Of a stretch of DNA of 64,000 nt, positions 20,491 to 29,303 are shown one piece after another. The position numbers and the translations under genes were made by a program. This DNA is from Gemmatimonadota bacterium (GTDB lineage Bacteria; Gemmatimonadota; Gemmatimonadetes; Gemmatimonadales; GWC2-71-9), in the NCBI GenBank assembly GCA_039588295.1, contig JBDHAB010000011.1, forward strand, positions 1 to 64,000, written 5' to 3'. The first letter of the stretch is position 1, and each line of letters starts with the position of its first letter. The notes under the pieces are model-generated. The model searched no databases, was not told the origin of the DNA, and was given only the letters and a program-made list of their open reading frames with translations.

Positions 20491-22116
20491 GTGGCGGCCA
20501 TGCGATACTTGCTGTGGCAGCTCGCTGCCGAGAGCACCGAACGCACGCCCGACGCAGTCGCGGTCAGCGATCTCGGGGAGGTGCTGGCGTACGGCGCGCT
20601 CGACCGCGCGGCGGCTTCGCTCGCGGGCTGGCTCGCGATGCACGGCACCGGGCGTGGCGAGCGAGTGGGCTTGCTCGCGCCTAAGGCGGCCCGCAACGTG
20701 GCCGCGATGCACGGGGTGCTACGAGCAGGCGCAGCCTATGTCCCGGTTGATCCGGCGGCGCCGGCGGTGCGGGCCGGATTGATTCTTGGCAACGCCGGCG
20801 TCCGGACCCTCATCACAACGTCGCGGCTGGCGACGGCACTGTGGGACGTGAACCCGGCGGCTCTTCAGACGGTGCGGGCGGTCCTGCTCGTCGACGACCC
20901 ACCTGCGCCGCCCGAGCTTCCGGGCACGCCCGAGGTCTGTACCTGGCGCGAGATGCTTACCCTGGCGCCGGTGGAAGCCGTGAAACAGGCGGTTGAGACC
21001 GATCCCGCCTACATCCTCTATACGTCCGGCTCGACTGGCACGCCCAAGGGCGTGGTGATAAGCCATCGGAACGCCCTCACCTTCGTCGAGTGGGGGATCG
21101 CGACCGTCGGCGTGGGGCCGTCGGATCGGTTGTCAGGCCACGCGCCGTTCCACTTCGACTTGTCGACGTTCGACCTCTATGCGGCCCTCGGGGCAGGAGC
21201 TTCCGTACATTTGGTGCCGGACCGCGTTGCGCCGTTCGCCGTCGAACTGGCCCGCTGGATCCACACTCAGCGGATCACAGTATGGTACTCCGTACCCTCA
21301 GCACTCATCCGGCTGCTGCGGCAGGGACAGCTTGAGCGGTTTGACTACACGGCCCTGCGGACCGTGCTGTTTGCCGGAGAGGTGTTTCCTGTGAAGTATC
21401 TGCGGGACGTGATGGAGCGGTTTCCTAGCGCCGCCTTCTACAACTGGTACGGCCCGACCGAGACCAACGTCTGCACGTCATATCGCGTGCCCAGGCCCTT
21501 ACCATCAGGCAACACCGACCTGCCGATCGGTCGGGCCTGTGCCAATATCGAGGCGTTCGCGCTCACGCACGACGGGCGGGTCGCGCGTCCTGGTGAAGAG
21601 GGGGAGCTGCTCGTTCGGGGGCCATGCGTGATGCTCGGCTACTGGGCGCTGCCCGAGCGCACGGCGGAGTCGCTCGACCAGCACCCTCTGCACCGCGACT
21701 ACGCCGACCCGGTGTACCGGACAGGCGACATGGTACGCGTGCGGGACGACGAGGGTGGCTTCACGTTCTTGGGCCGGCGCGACCACATGGTCAAGACGCG
21801 CGGCTACCGTGTGGAGCTCGGTGAGATCGAGCACGTCTTACACGAGTGCCCGGCGGTGCGAGCCGCGGCCGTCGTCGCGCTGCCGGATCCAGTAATCGGC
21901 GCCCGAATCGTCGGTGCGTACGTTCCCGAGCCGGACGTCACGACGTCGCCCTCCGATGTACTTGCCTTTTGCGGGACACGACTGCCACGCTACGCGGTGC
22001 CCGAACACCTCACACAGCTCGATGAGCTTCCCGCGACGTCCACCGGCAAGGTGGACCGTCCCACCCTTGGCCGACTGCTCACCACGGCGGTTAACCTTCA
22101 GGAATCCCAGTCATGA
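20491..22116 (+). CDS. Stand-alone amino acid adenylation enzyme, L-proline-PCP ligase (PltF/RedM/CloN4)-like
   Basis: YILYTSGSTGTPKG, HAPFHFDLSTFDLY, WYSVPSAL, LFAGE, YGPTETNVC, YRTGD, GYRVELGEIE, TGKVDR. Confidence 0.88.
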   Translation: MAAMRYLLWQLAAESTERTPDAVAVSDLGEVLAYGALDRAAASLAGWLAMHGTGRGERVGLLAPKAARNVAAMHGVLRAGAAYVPVDPAAPAVRAGLILGNAGVRTLITTSRLATALWDVNPAALQTVRAVLLVDDPPAPPELPGTPEVCTWREMLTLAPVEAVKQAVETDPAYILYTSGSTGTPKGVVISHRNALTFVEWGIATVGVGPSDRLSGHAPFHFDLSTFDLYAALGAGASVHLVPDRVAPFAVELARWIHTQRITVWYSVPSALIRLLRQGQLERFDYTALRTVLFAGEVFPVKYLRDVMERFPSAAFYNWYGPTETNVCTSYRVPRPLPSGNTDLPIGRACANIEAFALTHDGRVARPGEEGELLVRGPCVMLGYWALPERTAESLDQHPLHRDYADPVYRTGDMVRVRDDEGGFTFLGRRDHMVKTRGYRVELGEIEHVLHECPAVRAAAVVALPDPVIGARIVGAYVPEPDVTTSPSDVLAFCGTRLPRYAVPEHLTQLDELPATSTGKVDRPTLGRLLTTAVNLQESQS

Positions 22117-22361
22117 CGCTTTCCGATCAGCTGCTCAGTTTCATTCGCACGAACCTCCTCCGCGACGAGGGCGCACAACTGACGCCTGACGACTCACTCC
22201 TTGACCGTGGACTGATTGACTCGATTGGCCTCATTCAGATCATGGCGTTTCTCGACACCCAGGCAGGCGTGCAGATTCCCGACCACGCTGTAACACCGGA
22301 CAACTTCGAGACCGTGAGGGCGATCGTGGCGCTCGTCGAGCAGGTCCGCAGCGGCGGGTGA
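22113..22361 (+). CDS. Acyl/peptidyl carrier protein
   Basis: 82 aa, acidic; GLIDSIG phosphopantetheine Ser motif; ATGA overlap with the A-domain gene. Confidence 0.9.
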   Translation: MTLSDQLLSFIRTNLLRDEGAQLTPDDSLLDRGLIDSIGLIQIMAFLDTQAGVQIPDHAVTPDNFETVRAIVALVEQVRSGG

Positions 22362-22372
22362 CGCCTCCCAAC

Positions 22373-22652
22373 CTCCGGTTCACCCCCGGAGACACTTGGG
22401 GAGACAGGCGAGCCCGTGACTGGCAGCTCGCAATGGTACAGGGGGGATCGCCTTGCCGCCCTCGAGGCCGTGCGCGTGTTGGGCAGCACCTTGAACGTGG
22501 GCGCCGAGGCGCGGAGAGCCAACTACATCCATGAAGCGGTCGACGGGCTGAACGGCGTGGAGGAACTCTCCGCGTGGCACTTCCAGGGACTCAGCTTGAT
22601 GGAAGCCTACCGCATGCTGGGCGAGTACCAACGTGAGTTACCAGAGGCGGAG
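22373..22652 (+). pseudogene. Degenerate fragment of a TPR sensor region paralogous to the gene at 13499-15202
   Basis: Ungapped 72-aa alignment to 14159-14374(-) with 31 identities by hand count; frame change at the G6 run 22441-22446 (DWQLAMVQG / GDRLAA vs DWLIAGLRGDRVGA). Confidence 0.75.
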
Positions 22653-22746
22653 GGCGGGTGGGAAGTGTGCCAAGCAACCCCCTCCACGACTATCCGCCGT
22701 TTCAGGTGTTCATCACTCCAAGGGGATCAAGCTCCTACGTGGCGCT

Positions 22747-24084
22747 CTAGTTGAGCCCCAGCCAACCAGCTCTGCCGCTGGGACCCTCTACGTAGAGGAA
22801 TTCTCCGAAGGCGCCCAGCACACCGACTTCCACCCCGGCCGCGACACTGTCGACGGTTACCGCCGTGGAAGCCGGCTCGGTCAGGAGCTTGGCTCCCGTC
22901 GCCACGATCTCACTGCGGACCGGGGAGCCTACAGGCTCCGTGAGCGTCGTTGCCACGAACCCGATCGTGCCGTCGGGCAGGGCGACCCGAAACCACTCAC
23001 CGGTTCCCGCGTCCACCCGCACGGGGGTGTGGAGCGGCAACTCTGCGAGAACATCAGCACTGGTGGACGGCAGCGTGTGAACGCGAGCCCGGTCGAGGCT
23101 CACGCGAACCAGGCGACCGATGAGCCCCGCATCACCGGTGAAGTCTTCGGTCCGCGTCGGGGGCTCATACAGCGCCGGATACGGATCGAACGACCCCCGC
23201 GCGTAGATGCCGAAGTGCAGGTGCGGCCGGGTGGTGCGCGCGTTGCCCGAGTTGCCGACGAATCCGAGGGTGTCACCAACGCGGATCCGGTCACCGCGGC
23301 GAACGATGTGGTGGTCGAGGTGGGCGTAGTAATGCGAGCGGTTGAGCTGGTCGCGGAGCCAGACCACGTTGCCACCAAGGTTGTTCGGCCGGGTGCTCCG
23401 CACGACACCGTCCGCTGCAGCGACGACGGGGGTCCCTCTGGGAGCAAAGATGTCGAGTCCCTCGTGACGTCGACGCCCTCCGTCACGGGCCGCACCGTAC
23501 CAGCTTCGGATCGCCGTGGTGTCGTGGCCGGAAACCGGAAACTGAAGGGATGGACGGACCACGATGCTGATAGCGTATCGCCCACCGCGGAGCAGCTCCG
23601 GCTGGATGCGAATCAGGTAGTTCCCATCACGCCGCGCGACGTGGTCCAGCCTGCGCTCGAGACTGTCGGCACTCGCCAGACGTCTCGGTGGGGCGGCCGA
23701 CCCTCTGGGAATCATGAAGAGATCGAGAAAGACCCGGTAACTGCCGTCGGGTTCGCTTTCGAACATCACCTCGACGCGCTGGCCTCGTCGCAGCGACACC
23801 CGGTACCCCGATGCCATCGCCCGCCTTGGATCGAGATAACTCTCTTCGCGGTACGGAGCCGATACGGCGAGGGAACTGTCCAGGGCATCGCTCGCCGCCG
23901 CGAACCATTCCCGGCCCAGGGCGGTCTGGTCGAGTCCAACATCCTGCAACCGCTGCTCGTACCGCTCGTGCGGGGTGGAGGTGTCGAACAGCTCCCGCAG
24001 CGACTCCCCGCTGCAACCGCACACTCCGAGCAGCAGTGACAAGCTGCCAAGCGGGACCCAGTTCCTCGCGACGTAACGCTGCAT
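22747..24084 (-). CDS. M23 family metallo-endopeptidase lipoprotein with C-terminal SH3-like domains
   Basis: HEGLDIFAPRGTPV, YYAHLD, GNSGNA...PHLHF; lipobox-like CGC; SH3b-like tail (GEWFRVALPDGTIGFV). Confidence 0.9.
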   Translation of the reverse strand: MQRYVARNWVPLGSLSLLLGVCGCSGESLRELFDTSTPHERYEQRLQDVGLDQTALGREWFAAASDALDSSLAVSAPYREESYLDPRRAMASGYRVSLRRGQRVEVMFESEPDGSYRVFLDLFMIPRGSAAPPRRLASADSLERRLDHVARRDGNYLIRIQPELLRGGRYAISIVVRPSLQFPVSGHDTTAIRSWYGAARDGGRRRHEGLDIFAPRGTPVVAAADGVVRSTRPNNLGGNVVWLRDQLNRSHYYAHLDHHIVRRGDRIRVGDTLGFVGNSGNARTTRPHLHFGIYARGSFDPYPALYEPPTRTEDFTGDAGLIGRLVRVSLDRARVHTLPSTSADVLAELPLHTPVRVDAGTGEWFRVALPDGTIGFVATTLTEPVGSPVRSEIVATGAKLLTEPASTAVTVDSVAAGVEVGVLGAFGEFLYVEGPSGRAGWLGLN

Positions 24085-24410
24085 GTCCCTCAAGTATCGT
24101 GATCCAGAGCCTTTTGTTCCCGTGCTCCATACCGGCCTGAGCTATAAGCAGTCATCATCTCTACATGACGTACCCGGCTACGAGACGTTTCATCGGCCGT
24201 GCCAAGCGTATGGATCAGGCGAAACGTGCGCGAAGGGACGAGGACGGCTCCATAGAACAGCAATTTTCGAGCCGCAACCCCGAAGAGCTCGCTCGCAAAC
24301 AAAGACGTTGCACACTGGCGGCCAGACGGCATTTTGGCAGGAACCGCGTTCCACCGGAGGTAGGGGAAATCGGTGGATCAGACTGGGAGCAACTCCCGCG
24401 GAGGTGACCG

Positions 24411-24980
24411 ATGATACGTGCGATTGCGGTTGCTGGCTTCTCCCTGCTCGTGTGGAGCAGTTCAGCCATCGGGCAGGACAGACATGTTCATGACGGTTTC
24501 TGGATTGGCTTTGGCCTGGGAATCGGCATGAACGTCACCGAGGAGCTGGACAACGATCGGCTCATCGGCGGTGCCGGCTACCTCCGGCTCGGCGGCACAC
24601 CGAGCCAGCGGGTACTGCTGGGGGGCGAAGCCGTGGGATGGGCGAGGGGCCAAAGTAACGAGGTCGTCTCCCGCGGGAACGGAATGTTCGTCGCCATGTT
24701 CTTTCCCAGTGAGAACGGCGGCTTCTTCCTCAAAGGCGGCATCGGCGGCGCGTGGGTGTCACGGGTCGTCGTGTCGGGCACGACGACCGTCGAAGTCCGG
24801 GCCAATGGGGGACTGGGAACCACGGCCGGGGTAGGGTACGATGTGCGTCTCGCACGCAACCTGTATCTGACACCCAACGTCGACTGGATTCTCCAAGTGT
24901 TCGACCAAGATCCGCTCTTCGGAAGCGCCGCCAGTACGAACTCGATCGTCATCTTCACGCTCGGCCTGACGTGGCATTGA
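24411..24980 (+). CDS. Small outer-membrane beta-barrel protein
   Basis: GGAGGT RBS; signal peptide; alternating Gly/aromatic strands; C-terminal FTLGLTWH. Confidence 0.8.
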   Translation: MIRAIAVAGFSLLVWSSSAIGQDRHVHDGFWIGFGLGIGMNVTEELDNDRLIGGAGYLRLGGTPSQRVLLGGEAVGWARGQSNEVVSRGNGMFVAMFFPSENGGFFLKGGIGGAWVSRVVVSGTTTVEVRANGGLGTTAGVGYDVRLARNLYLTPNVDWILQVFDQDPLFGSAASTNSIVIFTLGLTWH

Positions 24981-25065
24981 GGTAGGTGGTAGGTAACAGG
25001 TGGTAGGTGATCGGACGAGGGAGTTGTCCACCTTATCACCTACCACCCAGCACCTAACACTTACT
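24981..25065. repeat. Inverted pair of heptamer tandem arrays (GGTAGGT)n / (ACCTACC)n
   Basis: GGTAGGT GGTAGGT AACAGGT GGTAGGT GAT ... ATC ACCTACC ACCCAGC ACCTAAC ACTTACT; perfect 13-bp inverted repeat at 24999-25011 / 25035-25047. Confidence 0.85.
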
Positions 25066-25241
25066 TCGGACCCCCCAACCTTCCGTTTCACAATCGACCT
25101 CCAAGAAATTCGGGACAGACGCTGAGGTGCGTGAAACGGCAGCTCCCGCCCAAACGTAGTGTAAGTAGATCTGTCTCGGGTGGTTCTACGCACGGGCCAT
25201 ACCCGGACGATGGGACGGACGATCCGAGAGTGGAGGGCTGT

Positions 25242-26282
25242 ATGACTCTCTACAAGCTCTTCCCAGAGGTCCGACGCGACTCGACACGGACGCCCGTGCC
25301 GCGTGGCGCGCGCCCATCCCCAGGAGCTGGCACTCGCAGCAGCGTGTTTGACTACTGTGCTGAGGAGGTCGAGCAGATTCGCTCGCAACTCGCAGCACAG
25401 ACCATTCCGCTCACCTGTCCCGCCTGTCACGCCACGCTCCTGGTCGACGGACGCCTGGAGCTCGAGCAAGACCCGTTGGTGGTTTGGGTGGTCGCCTGCA
25501 GCAGGTGCAAACGCAACCTTGTGCTCCGCGAGGGGCCGCACGAGCCAGTCAGGGTCGCGGTGCTCGGGCGACTGGTGGAGTCGGACCGCCGCGGCCGCCG
25601 AGACGTGCGCGGGGCGGCCGGTGGACTGTTCTTTTCGACGGTGCTCCAAACGGCGGTCATCGGCGCGGCGGTGATGGCGACCGTGGGGGTCGCGGCGAGA
25701 GACGCACCGGTGGCGGTCGACACCGTCATGCTGGCGCTGGACGACCCAACGCAACAGGCCGAGGCGGAACCCGAGCCGCAGGACGCACCGCCGATCGTCA
25801 CCACCCTCTCGGCACCCAAGGGCTTCCAGGTCCTCGAAGCGCCGATCGACATCCCGACCACCATCCCACCGGTGGATCTCACCCAACGCTTCGATCCCCG
25901 AGACTATTCCGGTCGTGGGACCGAGGGCGGGGTGTTCGCGGGCGTGGAGGGCGGTACTCCGACGGTTGACCTGGATCAGGTCTTCGACGCCGTCGCGGTA
26001 GAAGAACTACCGGAACAGATCTACGCGCCGCCGCCAACCTACCCGAGCGCGCTCCGCAGGGCGAACATCGAAGGGTACGTCGAGGTCGAGTACGTGGTTC
26101 GTGCAGACGGAACGGTCGACCCCGCGACCGTCACCATCGTCGAGTCCAGTCATCGCCAGTTCGAACAGCCGGCGGTCAACGCGGTCAAACAAGCGCGCTT
26201 TCGGCCGGGGCGGATGCGCGGCAAGCCGGTGAGCGTGCTCATCCGGCAGCGGTTCAACTTCTCCATGGCTGTCGGCGGATGA
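25242..26282 (+). CDS. TonB family energy transducer with an N-terminal CxxC...CxxC zinc-ribbon-like extension
   Basis: GGAGG RBS; CPAC and CSRC; one TM; Pro-rich linker; YPSALRRANIEGYVEVEYVV...ARFRPG...PVSV TonB C-terminal domain. Confidence 0.8.
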   Translation: MTLYKLFPEVRRDSTRTPVPRGARPSPGAGTRSSVFDYCAEEVEQIRSQLAAQTIPLTCPACHATLLVDGRLELEQDPLVVWVVACSRCKRNLVLREGPHEPVRVAVLGRLVESDRRGRRDVRGAAGGLFFSTVLQTAVIGAAVMATVGVAARDAPVAVDTVMLALDDPTQQAEAEPEPQDAPPIVTTLSAPKGFQVLEAPIDIPTTIPPVDLTQRFDPRDYSGRGTEGGVFAGVEGGTPTVDLDQVFDAVAVEELPEQIYAPPPTYPSALRRANIEGYVEVEYVVRADGTVDPATVTIVESSHRQFEQPAVNAVKQARFRPGRMRGKPVSVLIRQRFNFSMAVGG

Positions 26283-26383
26283 CCCTCCACCATTCGTAGC
26301 GCAGGCCCGTCGGTCGAACGAGGAGTCCACTCCTCACCCCCCAGTGACCCAGGCCGCCCCCAGCCCAGCCAGTTGCGATCCGT

Positions 26384-26415
26384 TTCTTGACCGATCGTTG
26401 AAGAATAGGTAGATT
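26384..26415 (+). promoter_or_regulatory. Sigma70-type promoter overlapped by a palindromic TetR-type operator
   Basis: TTGACC (26387-26392)-N17-TAGATT (26410-26415); TTCTTGACCGATCGTTGAAGAA is palindromic at 18 of 22 positions. Confidence 0.7.
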
Positions 26416-26447
26416 CGCTGCCCATTATCCCAGCGAGGGGCTTTGCC

Positions 26448-27020
26448 ATGCCGGCCATTCCATATCTCGAGCGTGAAGACGCGAGCCCGGGAGCCATCGA
26501 GCTGTACGACAAGGGCGAGGAGCGGTTCCAGATGCTGCTCAACATCTTCAAGGTGTGGGGCCACGCGCCGGAGCTCATGAACCCATTCATGGACTTCATC
26601 CTGCAGATCCTGCGCGACGGCCGAGTGGACTGGAAGACCAAGGAGCTGCTGATCCTGAAATCGACCCGGCTCAACGAATGCCACTATTGCGTCGTCCAGC
26701 ATGAGACGCTGGCCGACCGTCTGGGGATTCCGCAGGGCAAGATCGCAGACCTGTACGGCGAGCGGTACCGCACCAGCGAGCACTTCACGGAGGGGGAGCG
26801 GGCCATCCTCGATCTGACCGTGCAAATCTGGAAGGACGCCAACGCGGTGAGTCCCGACCTGTGGAGCCGCGTGCGCGAGCACTACGACTCCGGCCAGATC
26901 ATGGAGATCGTCGCCACCATCACGGCGTACATCATGGTCAGCAAGCTGGGAGACGCCCTCGGCGTGCAACTGGAGCCGGTCTTCTCGGACATCGATCCCA
27001 TTCTCTTCCGTCACGGGTGA
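26448..27020 (+). CDS. Carboxymuconolactone decarboxylase / AhpD-like family protein
   Basis: KELLILKSTRLNECHYCVVQH (CxxC...H) motif; helical, 190 aa. Confidence 0.88.
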   Translation: MPAIPYLEREDASPGAIELYDKGEERFQMLLNIFKVWGHAPELMNPFMDFILQILRDGRVDWKTKELLILKSTRLNECHYCVVQHETLADRLGIPQGKIADLYGERYRTSEHFTEGERAILDLTVQIWKDANAVSPDLWSRVREHYDSGQIMEIVATITAYIMVSKLGDALGVQLEPVFSDIDPILFRHG

Positions 27021-27041
27021 GCGCGACCGTCGACGGTCGAT

Positions 27042-27623
27042 ATGGCGAGGACACTGGAGTTCGACAAGGACCAGGCGCTGGACCGGGCCATGCACATCTT
27101 CTGGCGCCGCGGGTACGATGGCACCTCGGTTGACTATCTCGAGCGCCGATTGGGGATCAATCGCGGCAGCCTGTACAACACGTTCGGTGGCAAGCGTCAG
27201 CTGTATCTCGCCGCACTGGACCGCTACATGGACGGCTTCGTCGCCGATCGGATGGCGACCCTCGACCGGCCGGGTTCCAAGATCGCGGCGATTCGCGCCG
27301 TGTTCGAGGACGTCGCCGCGTTTTCAGTTGGCAAGGGCCGTGGCATCGGCTGCTTTCTCACCAACTCCGCGGTGGAGCTGGCACCCGCCGATCGGGCCAT
27401 GGTTCGCAAAATCGAACACGATTTCGCGACCATGGAGGACCGGTTTCATCACGTCCTGATCGCGGCTCAGCAACGCGGTGAAATCAACCGCTCGAGAGAC
27501 CCACACGCCCTTGCGCGCTTCCTTATGAACAGCCTTCATGGTCTGCGGGTGATGTCCAAGGTGAGCCCTGACCCCGCCGGCTTGCGGCAAATCGTGGACG
27601 TGACGGTGGCCGCTCTTCAGTAA
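27042..27623 (+). CDS. TetR/AcrR family transcriptional regulator
   Basis: FWRRGYDGTSV...GINRGSLYNTFGGKRQLY HTH; GCFLTNSAVE motif. Confidence 0.93.
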   Translation: MARTLEFDKDQALDRAMHIFWRRGYDGTSVDYLERRLGINRGSLYNTFGGKRQLYLAALDRYMDGFVADRMATLDRPGSKIAAIRAVFEDVAAFSVGKGRGIGCFLTNSAVELAPADRAMVRKIEHDFATMEDRFHHVLIAAQQRGEINRSRDPHALARFLMNSLHGLRVMSKVSPDPAGLRQIVDVTVAALQ

Positions 27624-27632
27624 CGGCGGTGT

Positions 27633-29285
27633 TCACACGATCTGCACCTGGCGGTCTTCGATGTCACCCCTTCTGCGGGGGGCCGGCTGGTGGAGCTCCC
27701 ACCATTCGCGCGCGCGCTCGGGTGTCCACGGCACCGTGGTTTCACACGCAGCTAGCAGCCCGTAGAGCGCATCAGCGTTCTGGGGTCGCCGACTGGGATC
27801 CTTTTCCAGACAAGCCAGGATCACATCCTCCAGCGTGCTAGGTATGGTGAGTTCCGTACGCTGTGACGGACGTACCGGCCTGGACTGCAGATGGTGGGAC
27901 ATCATTTCCATCGGGGTCTTGCTGCGGAACACGAGCTGTCCCGTCACCAGCCAATAGGCCACGCAGCCAACCGCGTAGATGTCTGTGCGCGCGTCGACCG
28001 CCTCGCCGCACGCCTGCTCCGGCGCCATGTACGCCGGAGTCCCTTCGGTAACGTGATCGGCAGTGAGCCGGACGTCCTTCGATCCCGACTGCTGCCGCGG
28101 TTTGACGAGTCCGAAGTCGAGCACCTTCACGAAGTCGACATGACGGCCTTGGCAGCAGAGATAGACATTCGCCGGCTTGATGTCGCGGTGGATGAGGTCA
28201 TGCTCGTGAGCTTCCACGAGTGAATCGCACATCTGCCGCAACAGATACACGGCTCGCTCCGGAGGCACGGGGCCGAAGCGCTCCACGAGCGTCTCGAAAT
28301 CGAAGCCGTTGAGGAGTTCCATCACATAGTAGAAGGTGCCGTCGGCCGTGACCCCGAAGTCGTAGACATCGATCGTGTGCGGAGAGGCCATGAGCGCCGT
28401 CGCCTGCGCCTCGCGCTCGAAGCGCTGCTGCAGCGTGAGCACGCTCTTCGGGTCGTCGCCGCCCAACTTGTCTTGCCGGATGAGCTTGATCGCCGCCGGC
28501 CGAGCCAGCATGCGGTGCTTCGCCCGCCACACCTCACCCATGCCACCACCACCGAGGCGTTCCGTGAGCCGATAGCTCCCCATCTCGCGGGCTCGCGTCA
28601 CCGCGGTTCCGAGCTTGAATACGACGCGCGCCCCAATGTACGCCGTAACCACGATGAGGAAATACGGTACGAGGAACATGGTGACGAACCGGCTCGGCGT
28701 CACCTCGATGGACGTCCCTCCAAACTCGGTGCTGAGGAGGAAGGTGATCGGAACCGCGCTGCCAGCCAAGATCGCGGCCAGCAACGCGAGCCGTGGCTTG
28801 TTCGGCGCGACGATCGTGAAGAACATGATCCACGGCGCCACAAAGGACAGTCCGAAGATCTCCAGGTGCTCGGGCTGGTGTTCGAGTCCCTGGTAGACCC
28901 CCCAGTACGTGCTGGCAGCAATACCGTACGCCCCGATGACCTCGAACACGAGCCCGATGTTCATGAGCGTTGGCGGAGCGATGCGCCGGCTGTGGGCCAG
29001 GGCGGCCACGACCAGTGCTACGGTGATCGATATCGCGCCAGGTCCCCAGCCGTAGAATTGGGTGTACTGAGCCCTTTGAGCGGGATCAAACGCTATCGCC
29101 GTGAGGTCGCCCACCAGAAATCCAGCGGCAAAGATGAGCGCGATCACACGGAGTCGCCGCGCGGAATCGCGCAGCAGGTCTTCAGGGAGTCCCAGCGTCC
29201 GGCTGCGCCAACTGGAGGTGGACGGGCGCTCCAGACGCGTGACCAACGACGGTTCGCTTTGCATCGCTCTCCTACCGCTCAGCAT
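27633..29285 (-). CDS. Membrane-anchored Ser/Thr kinase (multi-TM N-terminal sensor + kinase)
   Basis: About 6 TM helices, then GGGGMGEVW, AAIK, HRDIKPAN, DFG, GTPAYMAPE. Confidence 0.93.
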   Translation of the reverse strand: MLSGRRAMQSEPSLVTRLERPSTSSWRSRTLGLPEDLLRDSARRLRVIALIFAAGFLVGDLTAIAFDPAQRAQYTQFYGWGPGAISITVALVVAALAHSRRIAPPTLMNIGLVFEVIGAYGIAASTYWGVYQGLEHQPEHLEIFGLSFVAPWIMFFTIVAPNKPRLALLAAILAGSAVPITFLLSTEFGGTSIEVTPSRFVTMFLVPYFLIVVTAYIGARVVFKLGTAVTRAREMGSYRLTERLGGGGMGEVWRAKHRMLARPAAIKLIRQDKLGGDDPKSVLTLQQRFEREAQATALMASPHTIDVYDFGVTADGTFYYVMELLNGFDFETLVERFGPVPPERAVYLLRQMCDSLVEAHEHDLIHRDIKPANVYLCCQGRHVDFVKVLDFGLVKPRQQSGSKDVRLTADHVTEGTPAYMAPEQACGEAVDARTDIYAVGCVAYWLVTGQLVFRSKTPMEMMSHHLQSRPVRPSQRTELTIPSTLEDVILACLEKDPSRRPQNADALYGLLAACETTVPWTPERAREWWELHQPAPRRRGDIEDRQVQIV

Positions 29286-29303
29286 TGCGCTGTGGCGAAT
29301 ACC

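Noticed and set aside
22373..22652. Diversity-generating retroelement template/variable repeat pair with 14159-14374
   Set aside because: Similarity is only about 43% at protein level, far too diverged for a TR/VR pair, and no reverse transcriptase is present.
24981..25065. Possible CRISPR array
   Set aside because: Units are 7 bp with no unique spacers, and no cas genes are present.
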